Assembly: GCF_018977255.1 (NCBI RefSeq)
Contig: NW_024704743.1
Coordinates: 57,166,001-57,230,000, forward strand
Direction: 5' to 3'
Origin: Callorhinchus milii
Lineage: Eukaryota
DNA: 64,000 bases
Positions 25,701 through 39,115 of the stretch are shown here, one piece after another. Below the pieces are notes generated by a model, which was not told where the DNA came from, did no database searches, and worked only from the letters and a program-made list of their open reading frames with translations. Within the stretch, counting starts at the first letter, position 1, and every line of letters starts with the position of its first letter. A program made the position numbers and the translations under genes.

Positions 25701-28700
25701 ATATTTATTTTTTAATGAATGGATATTTATTTTCTCGTTCCCAGAGGAAAACACAACAAGGCATCTTTGGAAGGTACTTGAAGTTGCTGTTCTATTGAGC
25801 CATTAGAGTTAAAAATAACTGGTGTGAGATGGTGAGGAACTCGAGAACAAATACCTGGTGAACAGTGAAAAAAGGATGTTTATTAAATGTGTGATTAAAA
25901 AAGTTATTACACAATTTTAGAGCCTGTTGAATATGTGCTGCAGCATTGGAAATATCACACTACTGCAGAGTGGTCGTTGGAGTCGGTGTTGGAATGATAG
26001 GCATTTCCAGTGTAATGGAAGCCAATTGGTCTATTGAGTCTGCACCAGCTGTCAGAGCAAGCAGTAGTTTCAGTCCCACTGCCTGTCCTATTGCTTAAAA
26101 CCACTGACTCATATACTGTACCCGTATTTTGCGCCCTCTTGAAACCCACAATGTGGAAGTTTCTTGATGAACAGTGCAGAAGAAACATGTCAGAACCTAA
26201 TCCTGGAGCGTTCAATGATAATATCTAAATAAAAATAAAGGTCATTTTCACTCTTTGATGCTAATATGCTTGACTTCAGTAATCACTAAATTCTTCCTCG
26301 TAATAACAAAAGCGAATGAACGTATTCCAAATGTATTTTAATGTACTATTTTATAGCTTGGTAGATTCAACTGTTATATGTGTTAACATATAATAATGGG
26401 TACCTGAAATACTTTGGAGCAGCAAGACACTATTTTGGGAATGGAAGGGAGTGGGTGGGGATAATATTCTGCAAGGGTTTCTGAACCAGTTCAGCTTTGC
26501 TCTCTTGAGTCTAATTTGTGATACAATATTTGCAAAGGTGGTGCTAAGTGCTGATTCCAATTAGTGAATTGTGATTTCCAAAAGCCACCAAAGTGCTAAA
26601 GAGTCGAGACAGAAAATGGAGCTGCATCAATGATGAAAAAGTCTATCAATATAACATGAACTGGAAAGATTTCTGTGTCAGCTGTGTAACACAAGCATCA
26701 AACCCATTGTTCTCAAGCTAAATATTTATGAACCATTCCGTGATACAAAATATAAAATGTGTTTTTCCTCTCTCGATAGCTTTTGTTCTCTGGCTTGTTT
26801 CATGTAGAACCACTTTCAAGTTCAAATCGAGCGTGAGATATTACAATTCTGAAAAGTTTTGTTACACAGTTAAAAAGGTGAACTATTGTTGAGAATGTGG
26901 ATATTTTAATAAAAGAACATCTAGGCTTGCAATAGCCAACCAGTTACACATGGGAGTCACAGCATTGTTCGGAGATCTACATGCTGAGAATTTGTAACAA
27001 GAAGGCTATTGAACACAGTTTCTAATACACTTCATTATTAATTATTTTATTCTGAACAAATAGAATCATGAACTTTAAACTTCACCACACATCAGGTTGC
27101 TTAGTACAGCACTGGGGAATTTATGAATTTCAATTACTCCACCAGCTCAATTCTTCTTTCCACAGTGCAAAGGGTATAGGTCAATGATGTGTGAGGGAAG
27201 TCAATAGACAATCTTTAATAGTAAAATAATATTTCATGTACATCAGCACATGACTATTGGGAAAGTATATCCATAGCTCACTGTACTAATTGCAAAAGCA
27301 GTATTCTATTCAGTGCCAAATGTCCCTGGAAACAGTTTGTAGAGTTACATGCACATGAATCATATATGGAAGTGTGAGAAGTTAGTTTATAGAAAGTAGT
27401 TTTAGTTTTATGGAGAAGTAAGTACAAGAGCTCAAAATAAAATCCTCTGTTACTTCATTAACTTTATTTTTGGCAGAATGATCCAGTCTACAATTTAATC
27501 TTCTCACTTGAAACAATGGAGAATTAATAGTTCATGAAAACTTGTTATGAGAATTGTTTAATCTGTCTGTGAACACGTAATTGGTGAAATAATGGAAATC
27601 ACACGAGAACACATCACCGTACACCGCAAAACTATTATATACTGCTAATAGTTTTGCATGTCAGAACTTTGCAGGTGGCCTGATTTTTCAGCATTTTGCG
27701 TGGGCCAGTTTTTGCAGGTGGCCCACGTTAAAAGGAATGAAAATGGGTCAATATAAAGCAAGATGCAACTCATTTTTTTTTACCTCTGAGTGTAGCAAGC
27801 AGCTGGACTATGTATGTGTATGCCCAGTGCCTTGAGATATCCTCCCAATGTGAAAGGCGCTATACAAATGTAATTGTGTATTGTATTGTACACGCCACCC
27901 TCACAGAGTAGCACTGTAAATCTTATCAAGCTTTTCACATCACTTTAGCACTCTTTTTATTGCATTTTATTATGACAAGAACAATTCAAACTGCTCTCAT
28001 GGGGTTGGTACATGCCTTGTAAATTATTACGCGATGATTTATTTTCGCGAGGACTCGAACAGCTTTCTGATTTTCACAGCAATTATCACACACAAAAATA
28101 TTTACGTACACAGGTATATATCCTCTGCATGTGTCATTGCAATGAAATGATGTACCACTCCTTCTGGTTTAACAAATGGATAGACTTTGTTTAAACACTT
28201 TTTCAGAAAGAAGGTGCCTCTATAAAGTTTTGGCCTGGCCATTTTCCTGTTTTCTAATTAGACAGAGGAATCTACCAGGAATTTCTGCCTGGACAGTGTG
28301 TTCTGTGCTATCTCATTGTATAACTGCCAAAAACATACTTTTAAAGTAAAAGTCTGTCTTGATATTCATCTCACTGAAAATCTTTGTATTGTTTTATGTT
28401 TTGGTGACTTGGGAAAATATCCTTATAATCAATCTTAATTACCAAACTTTCAAACAATTGTACTGCTTAGTTTTGTATTGAAAGATAATAAGCTGGATCC
28501 TACATTCCTTTCATCTTCTTCCAGATCAGACTTGTCAGAATGAAGGATAATATAATAACGTAGAGAGATAACCATCAGTCTTTCAGACAAGGGGTGTTTG
28601 TGTGAGCCTTTGGGAGGAAATCTTTTACTATTTGTACTTAAACAATGAAAGATCCATTTGGATTTTTTTAATTTAAATACTAGCTTTAATCAAGTTGTGA

Positions 28701-30989
28701 CTTTTCACATCACTTTAGCTCTTCTTAATCTATTGACATTCTTGGCCTTACTAATATCACAATTTTGTGTATTTTTCTGATTTCAGCTTATCAAAGCTTG
28801 CTTGCTTGAATCCAGTGACTTGACCTCAACCACTCTTCCTGGAAACCAGTTTTTTATGCGTCGCTATACCTTCACTATTTTGAAATCAAAACCATTACAC
28901 GTTCTGTTACTATACCTCATTGTGTCAGGACCTTAAGACTGTTGAATTATTTTCTTCTTTCATCTTCTGCTTCCAATTACATGGTGTTTTTGATATCCAA
29001 ATTTGGTATAACCCACAATTATTTTTTGTTTTATTCTTTGGCTGAGACATTAAACCAAAGTACCAAGGCACTATTCTAAAAGAAAGAGAATTTCTCCCAG
29101 TATCCCAGTATCTAACGCCTCAGATACAATTGGTCATTGAATTCATGGCTGCTTGTAAAACATCACCAACAAAAAAAATCATTATACATTATAATATATC
29201 ATATGAAACACTTTGAAACATTCCTTCAACAGGAAATGCGCTATATCAAATATAAGGATTCATTATTATTATCTCAACCAATATTCTAATATTCTAAAAA
29301 AATCCTCTTTTACCTCATCAATTGCACACTTTGATTTACAGAATGATCCAGTATACAATTTAATCCTCTCACTTGAAACAAAGGAAAATGAATATTTAAT
29401 TAAAAAATTTTGGGGGAGATTTACTGAGAATAGTTACTCTAAGATTGTTGACAATTTTGCAAATTTTACTGTGTTTGACCTATTCTCTTGCTCACTGTGA
29501 CTTTGAAACAAACCTCTTTCTATTATATCACTATCTGCCTCATATACATTTTCAACCCGGACTTGTCCAGTGTGAGCCTCAATTCCTTCAGTGCTCACTT
29601 TCTGCTGTCTCAGTCCCTCCTCCTGCCCAGCCCATGGTGACTGTTAAGTACTTACCCATCTAGGTCTAAATTGTAGTGATAGTGAACACAATAACCAGCT
29701 CTTTAATAACATTAAAGAACAACACCAGATTTTGGAGTTTTTCATATCACATATGGTCAGAATACTAAATTTAGCTGAATGTCTTTCAGCTCATGTGCAT
29801 GCAGTATAAAATGTACAACGCTGTATTGCTTATTTTCCTCCCAGCAGTTAAGTACTGCATAAGATTAACTTCCCAGCCCAATACATTCAAGATCACAAAG
29901 TCATAAGATCGATTTGGATGAACAAGGTCCTTCAGCTCATCTGATCTCATCCTCCCAGTGCACCCACCCTATTGCCCCCCATCCCAACATCAAGCTGCTT
30001 TTTTAAATGAGGCCTGTGTCCTGGCCTCTACCACCTTTCTTGGCAACCTGTTCAGTCATTGATTACCCTCTGAGTAAAGAAAGAGTTCATGGTATCTATC
30101 CTGAAATTGTGTTTTGAAACTCTTTTGTTTCAATATCTTGTTACATCCTAAAGTATTGATCTAGGTTTACGTTTTTGTTTTTGATATTATTTAATATTTT
30201 GTATAATAATTTTTTTTGTTCAATCTGTCTGATAGAAAAGGGAATGCAAACTGACCAAAACAGCTGTTATGCGTAAATATGACTTACCACATGGAATTTG
30301 TTTTCAATCTTTCAAGTGTCAGTCTCACACTTTACAGGCAAAGCTTAATTTTTATTTTTGTTTCTTTATGAAATCAACTTGTGATAGCCCAGCTCCCATG
30401 ATAATTCCTAATAATGGAATATTTTTGCACATAAATGCCATAATCTTTAGTCTCCACTTCAAGTAATAAAAGATAATAATAATAATCCTTCCATTTGATA
30501 CATTTGAACGCGGCAGACAATTTGCACACAGCAATGTCTCACAAACAGCTATGGAATGAGTGACCAACTATATCTAGGGGATTGTTGGCGAGGATATCAG
30601 GATAAACTCCCTACTCTTTTCATACACTGCCATGGGAACTTCACATCCACCTGCACAGGCAGATATTGCAGTGTCATCATTGCAGTCAATCCACTTTACA
30701 GTATATACTGTGAAGAGTTTTGAGACATCTTATAGGCGCTATATCAAATGGGATTATTATTATTATCATCAGGTATTAAACTCATTCATGGTCATTAAAT
30801 AAATGTGGCTGATGTTTTCTGCACTAAGCTATCTGTCTTTCTCTGTTTTCCACATTGGAGAGATTTAACCCTTCACATACTCAAATATTTAAATTTCTGA
30901 TGTTAAACCAAGATCCCACCTAGTCGTAAAGATGGAAGTCAAAGATTCCACGGCACAATTTTAGAATTCTACAGTAACTATTGTTATTT

Positions 30990-31200
30990 CCTAATAATCC
31001 CTAAAAAAAACAATACAATTGGTCACTTCAATCCATGACTGTTTGTGGGACACTGCTGTGTGCAATTGGCTGCTGTATTTTGCCCACAAATATACAGTCA
31101 ATTCACTTTACAGTATATTCTGTGAAGCGCTTTGAGACGTCTAGAAGATATGAAAAGCGCTATATCAAATACAAGGATTATTTATTATTTTTATTATTTC
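30990..31200 (+). mobile_element. 5'-truncated SINE
   Basis: Body and tail match 60620-60830. Confidence 0.85.
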
Positions 31201-31536
31201 TATATCTCAGGATTGAAATCCAATCATGCAAGCACCGATGAGTCAAATAACAGATGTGTTTTATTGTACAAATCATAATTTAACTCCAACACTATTTTAA
31301 CGATTCTTTTCTTAACCCTGGTAAATATGAATCGATCTCTGCCCTCATGTAGATCTGTGTTTGAGGTCAACTAAATCTGTGAAGCAACCCTCAAACACTG
31401 GCCCGAGGATCAAAAACAAAAGCAAGCCCTGCTGAGCAACAGGCAAGGTGGCCACAATTATTTTTGAAGTTTATCTTACAGTCAAACTATTGTGCTGAAT
31501 TAATTGGTTGTTCAGTTCCATGGCCAGTATTCCAGA

Positions 31537-32013
31537 AACAACAACAACAACAACAAAATTGCATTTGTATAGTGCCTTTCACGGATTGGGGAGGGTGGAG
31601 GGCAGGGGAGAAGCAGGGAGATTGAAAGCACAGTTAAAGAGGAGGATCTTGAGATGGATCTTGAAGGAGGCAAGGGTGGGGGTGAGGTGGAGGTCTACAG
31701 GATGGAGTTCCAGAGGGTGGGAGCAAAGTGGCAGAAGGTTCGCCCGCCAATGGTGGGGCAGGCGAGGCGGGGATATGAAGCAGGCTGATGCTCGCTGAGC
31801 AGAGGGAGTGAGCAGGATGATAGGGGTTTAGGAGGTTGCAGAGGTAGTGGGGAGCAAGACAATGGAGGGGTTTGAAAATGAGGACCAGGATCTTGAACTG
31901 TATCCTTTGTGTGTTAGGAAGCCAGTGGAGTCGGGCAAGGATGGGGATGATAGGCTCACGGAGTCTGGTGCTGGAGAGGACTCGGGCTGCAGAGTTCTGA
32001 ATGATCTGCAGCC
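31537..32013 (-). mobile_element. L2 LINE 3' fragment, interrupted by CR1 and resuming at about 32878-32915
   Basis: LQIIQNSAARVL...LHWLPNTQRIQFKILVL and a (CAA)n tail. Confidence 0.9.
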
Positions 32014-32878
32014 TATAACATAACATAACATAACATAACATGTAGGAGCAGGAGTAGGCCATTCGGCCCTTTGAGCCTGCCCCGCCATTCAATCATGACT
32101 GATCTTCTAATCTAACTCCAGCTAATAACCTGACCCTGCCTTATCCCCATATCCCTTAATCCCTTTTGCAATAAGAAATCTATCTATCTCAGTCTTGAAT
32201 ATGTTCAAGGACTGAGTGTCAACAACCCTTTGGGGTAGCAAGTTCCATACATTCACCACCCTTTGAGTGAAGAAGTTCTTCCTCAACTCAGTGCAAAAGT
32301 GCTGGCCTCTGATTTTAAGGTTGTGACCCCTGGTTTTAGTTTCTCCAACCAGGGGAAACAATCTCCCACTATCTACTCTATCATACCCTTTGATGATCCT
32401 ATAGGTTTCTATAAGATCCCCTCTAATTCTTCTATATTCTAGAGAATATAGGCCCAAATTGGTCAGCCTATCCTCGTAACTCAACCCCTTCATCCCTGGT
32501 ACTAACCTAGTAAATCTACGCTGTACCCCCTCCAAGGCAAGTACATCCTTCCTTAAATGAGGAGACCAAAACTGCACACAGTATTCCAGGTGTGGTCTCA
32601 CCAGGGCCCTATACAGTTGCAGCAAGACTTCCCTACTCTTATACTCTAATCATAGAATCATAGAATGTTACGGCACAGAAGGAGGCCATTCCGCCCATCG
32701 AGTCTGTGCCGGCTCTTTGACAGAGCAATTGACTTTTATTAACCCCACTCACCAGCTTTCTCCGCATAACCCTGCAAACCTGCCTTCTCCAGATACCTAT
32801 CCATAATGAATGCTAACATACCGTTCGCCTTCCTAATTGCTTCCTGCAGCTGCAAACTAACTTTCTGTGATTGGTGTA
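32014..32878 (-). mobile_element. CR1 LINE (ORF2 C-terminus open at 32625-32122) containing a second CR1 3' end at 32648-32801
   Basis: LYRALVRPHLEYCVQFWSP...FFTQRVVNVWNLLP is the canonical CR1 ORF2 C-terminus, with a (TTATG)n tail. The inner element has an (ATTCTATG)n tail. Confidence 0.95.
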
Positions 32879-33799
32879 TGGAGGAAGGATTTGGGGAGGC
32901 CGACAAGCAAGGAGGAAAGAAGGAAAAGTGCAGCGGTTGATAAGAGATTCGATGCGATCAAATTGGATCTGTTGTGAAATGTTGCATTTTTCTGCCTCAT
33001 AAATACTAATTACACAGAGTCTTAACTATGACTAGACAGTTATCAAGATGTTGCATTTGTCAACGAGCATCAATACTAATAAAAATGTGGCCAGTGACAT
33101 ATAGTCTGTTGCACCTAGTGCAACATTTGTATGACATTTAATCATGTATATAATGGGACATTCATGATTAATTGATGATGATATATGAAGTGCATATGGC
33201 CTTCAAGGTAACAGAATGTTTTCGGAGATATATACACACAGTTTATGGGAGCTATTGTATGCTGGCCACTGGACGTAGGAAGCTGTGCTGCATTTTTATT
33301 ATGGTTTGTTTATTATGGATTGTTCAAAAATCAAATAGCCTCCACCATGTCTATTGAGGGCTTGTTAAATTAATTAGTATCCAAGCCACGTGTAAAACTG
33401 CTGGCTAGTCCACTAAACAAAAATAGACTACAGTAGGATGATAAATGAAACTGTATGTTAAAAAATTAAACTATTTTGCTTGCAAAGATATGTATAAAAG
33501 AAAGCAAATGTTAATCATCAAATGATAACAAATAAGCACAGGGCAGAAGGATTTTTCAATCACATCTGAAATGAAGGTTATTATTGTGAGCCATAACTAC
33601 TAAATTATAATAAATATAGTAAACTGGAATTACCTGCTTATTAACTGCAGATTGTTTCTCAATAAACTGTATTAATGAATCCCTAATTATTAATCATGCT
33701 GTGATGAATGTCACCACACACCAAGGACACACAATGCAGTCAGTGTTCACATGCCCAGCTGCTCCCAGCTTCATCAACCTGACAAGTGTGCTAGTGCCA

Positions 33800-34030
33800 G
33801 TCTGCCTCAGTTGGTAGCAGTCTTGCCTCTAGGTCAGGAGGTTGTAGGCTCGAGCATCAAAACAGGATTTCAGATCATAATCCAGGCTGACACCATAGTG
33901 AGGCACTGAGTCAATGCTGCAGTACTGGAGGTGCTATCCTTTGGATTCATATTGATACCGAGATCCCATCTGGTTGCTCAGGTGGGTGTTGAAAATTCCA
34001 TGGCACCATTGCAAAGAATGGCAGGGAGGC
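33800..34030 (+). mobile_element. Old DeuSINE-like 5' half
   Basis: Head CTCAGTTGGTAGCA...GGTTGTAGGCTCGAG and core CAGGTGGGTGTTGAAAATTCCATGGCAC. Confidence 0.65.
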
Positions 34031-34627
34031 AGGGAGAGATGGCAGTAAAATACTAAACATTTGCTCTTGTAGTAAATGATAAATGTCTCATATTCACTGT
34101 ATAGTTTCCAAATGTGTGCAATCCACAAAAACAAATTAAATTATCTACCAAGGAAAATATTATATATTCAATATCTATTTTCTGCTAGAGCAAAGGCAAA
34201 AACATTTACTATTGTATAGATCCATGGAAGCCAGAGATTGACTTTTTGTGGGAGCTAAATTAATTAATTTGTTGAAGGGGGATGCTAAGCGCTCCGGGAT
34301 GCTACCAACAACAACAACTTGGATTTATATAGCACCCTCCATGCCGGACAGTATCTCAGAGTGCTTAAAAGGCACTTCATTCTTGCATTTGATATAGCGC
34401 CTTATCACATCCTTGAGACATCTTAAAGTACTTCACAGAATATACAGTAAAATGAATTGACTGTATATTTTGTGAGAGAAATGTGGCAGCCAATTCTGTT
34501 TCACAAGTAATTACAGTCAAGTATAGTGGTTGTTTTTATAGGTGAATGCTGCAGCCAGTTTGCACACAGCAATATCCTATAAATAGCCATGAGATGAATG
34601 ACCAATTAATCCGGAGGATTGTGGGCC

Positions 34628-35340
34628 AAAACAACAACAACAACAACAAGATTCCATTTATTGAGCGCCTTTCACGTCGGGAGGACGTCCCAAGGCGCTG
34701 GACAGTTGGGTCAGGACCCGAGCAGGGGGGAAATGGTCAGTGTGAGCGGAGGGAAGGGAGGGAGCGAGGAGGGGGTAGAGAGTCGAGAGGGGAGCTGAAG
34801 GCACGGTCAAAGAGAAAGGTCTTGAGACCGGCCTTGAAGGAGGAAAGGGAGGAGGCGAAGGCACTGGGGGATATAGTTCCAGAGCCTAGGGGCTGAGAGG
34901 CTGAAGGCCCGGCCACCGATGGTAGGGCGGTTGGGGCGGGGCATGTGGAGCAGACCGGAGCCAGAGGAACGGAGGGTACGGGCAGGTAGGTAGGGGGATA
35001 GTAGGTCGGAGAGGTAGGAGGGAGCAAGGCCGTGAATGGCCTTGTAGGTGAGGATGAGGATCTTGAATTCGATCCTCTGGGGGATGGGGAGCCAGTGGAG
35101 GCGAGCGAGGGTGGGAGTGATGTGGTCCCGAAGTCTGGTGCGGGACAGTACACGAGCTGCAGAGTTCTGAATGACCTGCAGTGTGGAGGGAGGTGCCGGG
35201 AAGGCCGGCGAGGAGAGAGTTCCCATAGTCCAGCCTTAAGGTGATAAAGGCATGGACCAGAGTTTCAGCAGCGTGAGGGGTGAGGTAGTGCTGTAGTCTG
35301 GCGACATTCCGGAGGTGATGGAAGGCGGTGCCAGTTGTGG
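34628..35340 (-). mobile_element. Young L2 LINE 3' fragment
   Basis: LQVIQNSAARVLSRTRLRDHITPTLARLHWLPIPQRIEFKILILTYKAIHGLAPSYL. CpG-rich with a (CAA)n tail, and very similar to 58492-58944. Confidence 0.95.
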
Positions 35341-37149
35341 CGCTGATATGAGGGAGAAAGGACAGCTGAGACAGTCCCTCCTATTTTCAAACAGTGTCAT
35401 CAGATATTTAATATCCATCTGAAAACAGCAGGACTTGATTTAATATCTCATCCAAAAGGTGGCACCTCCATCAATCTGCAATGTCAACCTGGACTATGGC
35501 TTCAAGTCCTTTTGTGAGTCTTAAAACCACAAGCTCCTGCTACAGAGTGGAGAGTGTTATCAACTGAGCTGCGATGACATATGTTCATTGTCAGAATTGT
35601 ACACTTATCCATGGTGCCTTTTCCATGGTGTGTGTTGCTGAGGGACTGTAAGAAAACTGGTAATGTTCAAGGCACTCTGAGACGCTACCCAGCATGAAGG
35701 GCGCTTTATAACTGAAATTTGTTATAATGCTGTTGTAACTCTTTGTAGCTGATGTGTGATCTTGTCTGCCAAAGCAGAACTGCCCAGATGTTTAAGGTAT
35801 CTGCAGAGATACACTGTGGGGAATCCAATGACACGTGACAGGCCTTCCTACTGTTGGCAGCAAGTTATCCTCTCCCTCCCTGAGTGATCTTTTTTCCATG
35901 ATTGCTTTCCTAGAATATTCTGAATGATTGAGTGTAGAAAACAATGAGGTTGACTCACAGTGATGGAGGATCTCCTTTTCCTCTTTACCCTGCCTTTGTT
36001 AGCATTGCCCTCACAAATGATGACAAGGTTAAAAGCAAGGTTCAGATGAAGACATCCCTTCAGCCCATGGAGTGGAGCTGGAAGACAGTGAAGACTAGTC
36101 AGAACAGCCAATAAAAAACATAAAATTATATTTATTTGCACAGCTGCAAATTCTATTTTTAAAAAGAATTGCAAAAGCAGGTGTCGTATAACTGTGGACT
36201 ATTGAATACACAAACATCTACATACTGTATGTATAAGTGCTTTTGTTTAAAAGGTAGTTAACTAGGTCGAAAAGCTCAAACTGGAAGAATTGGAACCACA
36301 TAGTGCCGTTCTGAACTTCCTCTAATTGTGTTACCAGTAACACACAATGATTTCATATTTGCATTCATTTGTTAGCAGATATTATGATGCAAAAAGATTC
36401 TTGTTGAAGCTGTAGATCTCAATAACGGTGCATTTACAGGGTATGAAAAGTCACTCAATTATTTAAAATGCTGCTTTTCGGGACTTAGAATCATAGAATG
36501 TTGAAGCACAGACGAGCTTTGGCCCATCATTTCTGTGTTGGTGCTCCTCTACAGAAGCTCTCTGTCCTGATCCCATTCCCCCTGCTGTTGCCCCCATACC
36601 TTCTAATATTATCTTTTCTCGGTCAAGGAGTAATTGTGACCCACCACCAAAGGTCTGTTTCTAAAGTGCTTTAATACAACCAGATCATTAGATCGCTACA
36701 GAACTTTCTGAGAATGGTGTAGAGCACATTTCAACTTATGGATATGGTGAAGATGGCTGCTAAACCAAGGTTTGTAATCCTGGTCCATCAGAATTGAGGT
36801 GCATGTGAGAGTTTAGCTGATGCTCTCTTTTTGCTTCACAAAATCACAAGAGAGATAAAGATGAAGTAAACTCTTTGGTCCATTGAATTTCATTCTTCCA
36901 GAATGCATACATATGTACTTACATAAAATTACATATGTAGACCTACCCTACTGTCTTCCCATCAATAGCACTACCCTTCATGACCCTCAGGGTAAAGAAA
37001 TTGTCCCCAGTGGTCTGTCCTGAAACTTCTCCTTACAACTTGAACCCTGTGCTGCCTTGTTCTGTGGCCTTGACGTATCTGAAAGTATTGTTCTGGGTTT
37101 ACTTTCTCAGTCTAGCAAGCTGTTTTTTGGAGGCAGCCTGAAATCAACT

Positions 37150-37866
37150 TTTAAAGGCTAACTTGGCTAGCTTCTCTGCGGTGCAGCTTTTGATATAATT
37201 CCATCACTTCCAAAGTTTCCAATGTCTCACTTCATTGCAGAGACCACATTTACTTTGGCTGAAGTCACTTCCTCTGTTTTCCCACCGAAGAATTAACTTT
37301 ACTCTGCTTGAGAAGATTCTTCTCATTTCTGGATGCTCTCTTCAATTAGATGTCAAATGTCTCTGGGCTGTGAATACTCTCTTGCTTCTTTGAGCCTCCC
37401 TCTCCTTATTGTTTTTTTTAAACATTGTTTGCCATTTCAATGTGTTTTCTTTTCTTAAGAGCTGACATTTCAGCATCACTTTAGTTTACATATCCACATG
37501 AAGATATGTTGGTTTTATAAAATATTCCCTGCTGTACGATTTTTCTGTCATAGACATTATGATCAGACACTGAATTGTGTTCAGATTGAATTCAATCTTA
37601 ATCTGCAAGATAATTATTTTTGAGAATTGTGCTAAACAAACTTGCAAATGAAAACTGCCCATAAAATACACACAGCCACATCCCTTTACAGTATATCCTG
37701 TGAAGGGCTTTGAGACGTTTTGACAACATGAAAAGGTGCTATATTAAATACAAGGATTATATTATTATTACAAAACTGACTTTGATAATTTTCCACAATT
37801 CTGCACAATGTTATATTTTAAGACAAACATGCTCTTAGAAGTTAAGACAAAGTGGAATTTCAGGCC
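37150..37866 (-). mobile_element. Possible PIF/Harbinger relic (Myb/SANT-like coding remnant plus terminus)
   Basis: Minus-strand broken frames read EEVTSAKVNVVSAMK*D and K*WNYIKSCTAEKLAK. A terminus GTGGAATTTCAGGCC followed by TAA lies at 37867-37869. Confidence 0.4.
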
Positions 37867-38829
37867 TAAGGACTCAGTACAGAAGACAAGTAGATTTGCG
37901 GATTTTATTGTGTGACTTCAGCTGTACAGCCTCTGTTGCTTTTGCTCACCAATATCTATTTTCTACTAATGGAAGAAATTTAAATAATTTCCAGCAGTGA
38001 ACTGATTTAGGGTGGGAAACAGCATTTACATACAAATTTACATTTAAATTTTTCACATGTGGCTGGCCTCCCAAGGTGCTTAAGATTTTCTGTTCCAAAG
38101 TGTATTTAATGCTGAGGAGAACCCTGTGTATAGGTGCCAAAGTGGAAAGAGAGAGATCTGGGATGTGTTGCCAATTGATGCTTCATTCTACCACTAAGAA
38201 AAAGTTGGGAGTTCCAACTGGCTCTTTAATAACATTGAACATGGGCCCATATACACTGAGGGAGGGTGTGATAGAGCAACAACAAAATGTTTTAAAGGTG
38301 AATCAATTCTTACTGCTGCAGTGAAATCAATGTGTCATCAAGATGATCTGCAAATAAATCCTCAGACAGAAATACATTGTGTTTTGTTTATCAATATTTT
38401 GAGATTTTCTGGTAAATTTTAAGTGAGACATGGAATAGAAATATAATCTCATTTACACTTACATAACTTGTTTCATGTAGGATAATGTCTCAAAGGGGCA
38501 ATGTGGATCTCCGAATCAGCACTCCAAGACTTTATCCTGTGTGAAGGGCTCTATATAAATGCAAGTTGTTATTTTTGTTATTGTAACTCAGGAAGAGGGG
38601 GTAATAGAAAAATGATCGAAAGCACAATTGCAGGGGTAGCTTCTTAGAAGAGTTTTGAAAACACCAAGACAAGCCACAAGTAGACTTATTCATTCTAATT
38701 TTTAATTCATTTCTAATTTCATTCCAAGAATTAAATTCCAATTGATGTTTTTAATGTGTTTTTTCCAGACCACAAGAGGTGTTTTTCAAAAACAACAACA
38801 AGTTGACCTTATATAGCTCCCTCCACGCA

Positions 38830-39115
38830 GGGTAGTGGCGAGGTATTCATTTGAGCAATCCAAGCAGGAGGTGACAAATGCATGCACGAGGGTTTTGGCT
38901 ACATTCGGGGTAAAGTACGGTCTGAGGCAGGCAATGTGGCGAAGGTGGAAGAAAGGGGTCCTGGTCAGGGACCGGATGTGGGGGGAGCAAGGAGAGCTGT
39001 AGTTCAAACTGGATGCCTAGGTTGTGCAATAGTTTGGTGAGTCTGAGGGAGAGCCCAGGGAGGTTGAGGAGTTTAGATCCTCAGAAGTGAAGAAATTGAT
39101 GGGAGCCAAGCAGTA
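38830..39115 (-). mobile_element. L2 LINE internal fragment
   Basis: FFHLRHIACLRPYFTPNVAKTLVHAFVTSCLDCSN, a typical L2 post-RT region. Confidence 0.85.

Noticed and set aside
25955..26228. Overlapping short ORFs in unique sequence (also 6690-6884, 8794-9139, 45004-45267, 63450-63635)
   Set aside because: No recognisable protein similarity and no consistent splice-site pairs. I looked for VWDE- or SCIN-like exons and could not find any.
32122..32625. 167-aa ORF as a host gene
   Set aside because: It is the C-terminus of CR1 ORF2 in a truncated, interrupted element.
33105..33130. TGTTGCAC-CTA-GTGCAACA hairpin
   Set aside because: An 8-bp stem is within chance expectation for 64 kb.
38230..38390. 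Possible Gypsy-type RT remnant (minus-strand LFADHLDDTLIS)
   Set aside because: A single weak motif with no convincing collinear neighbours.
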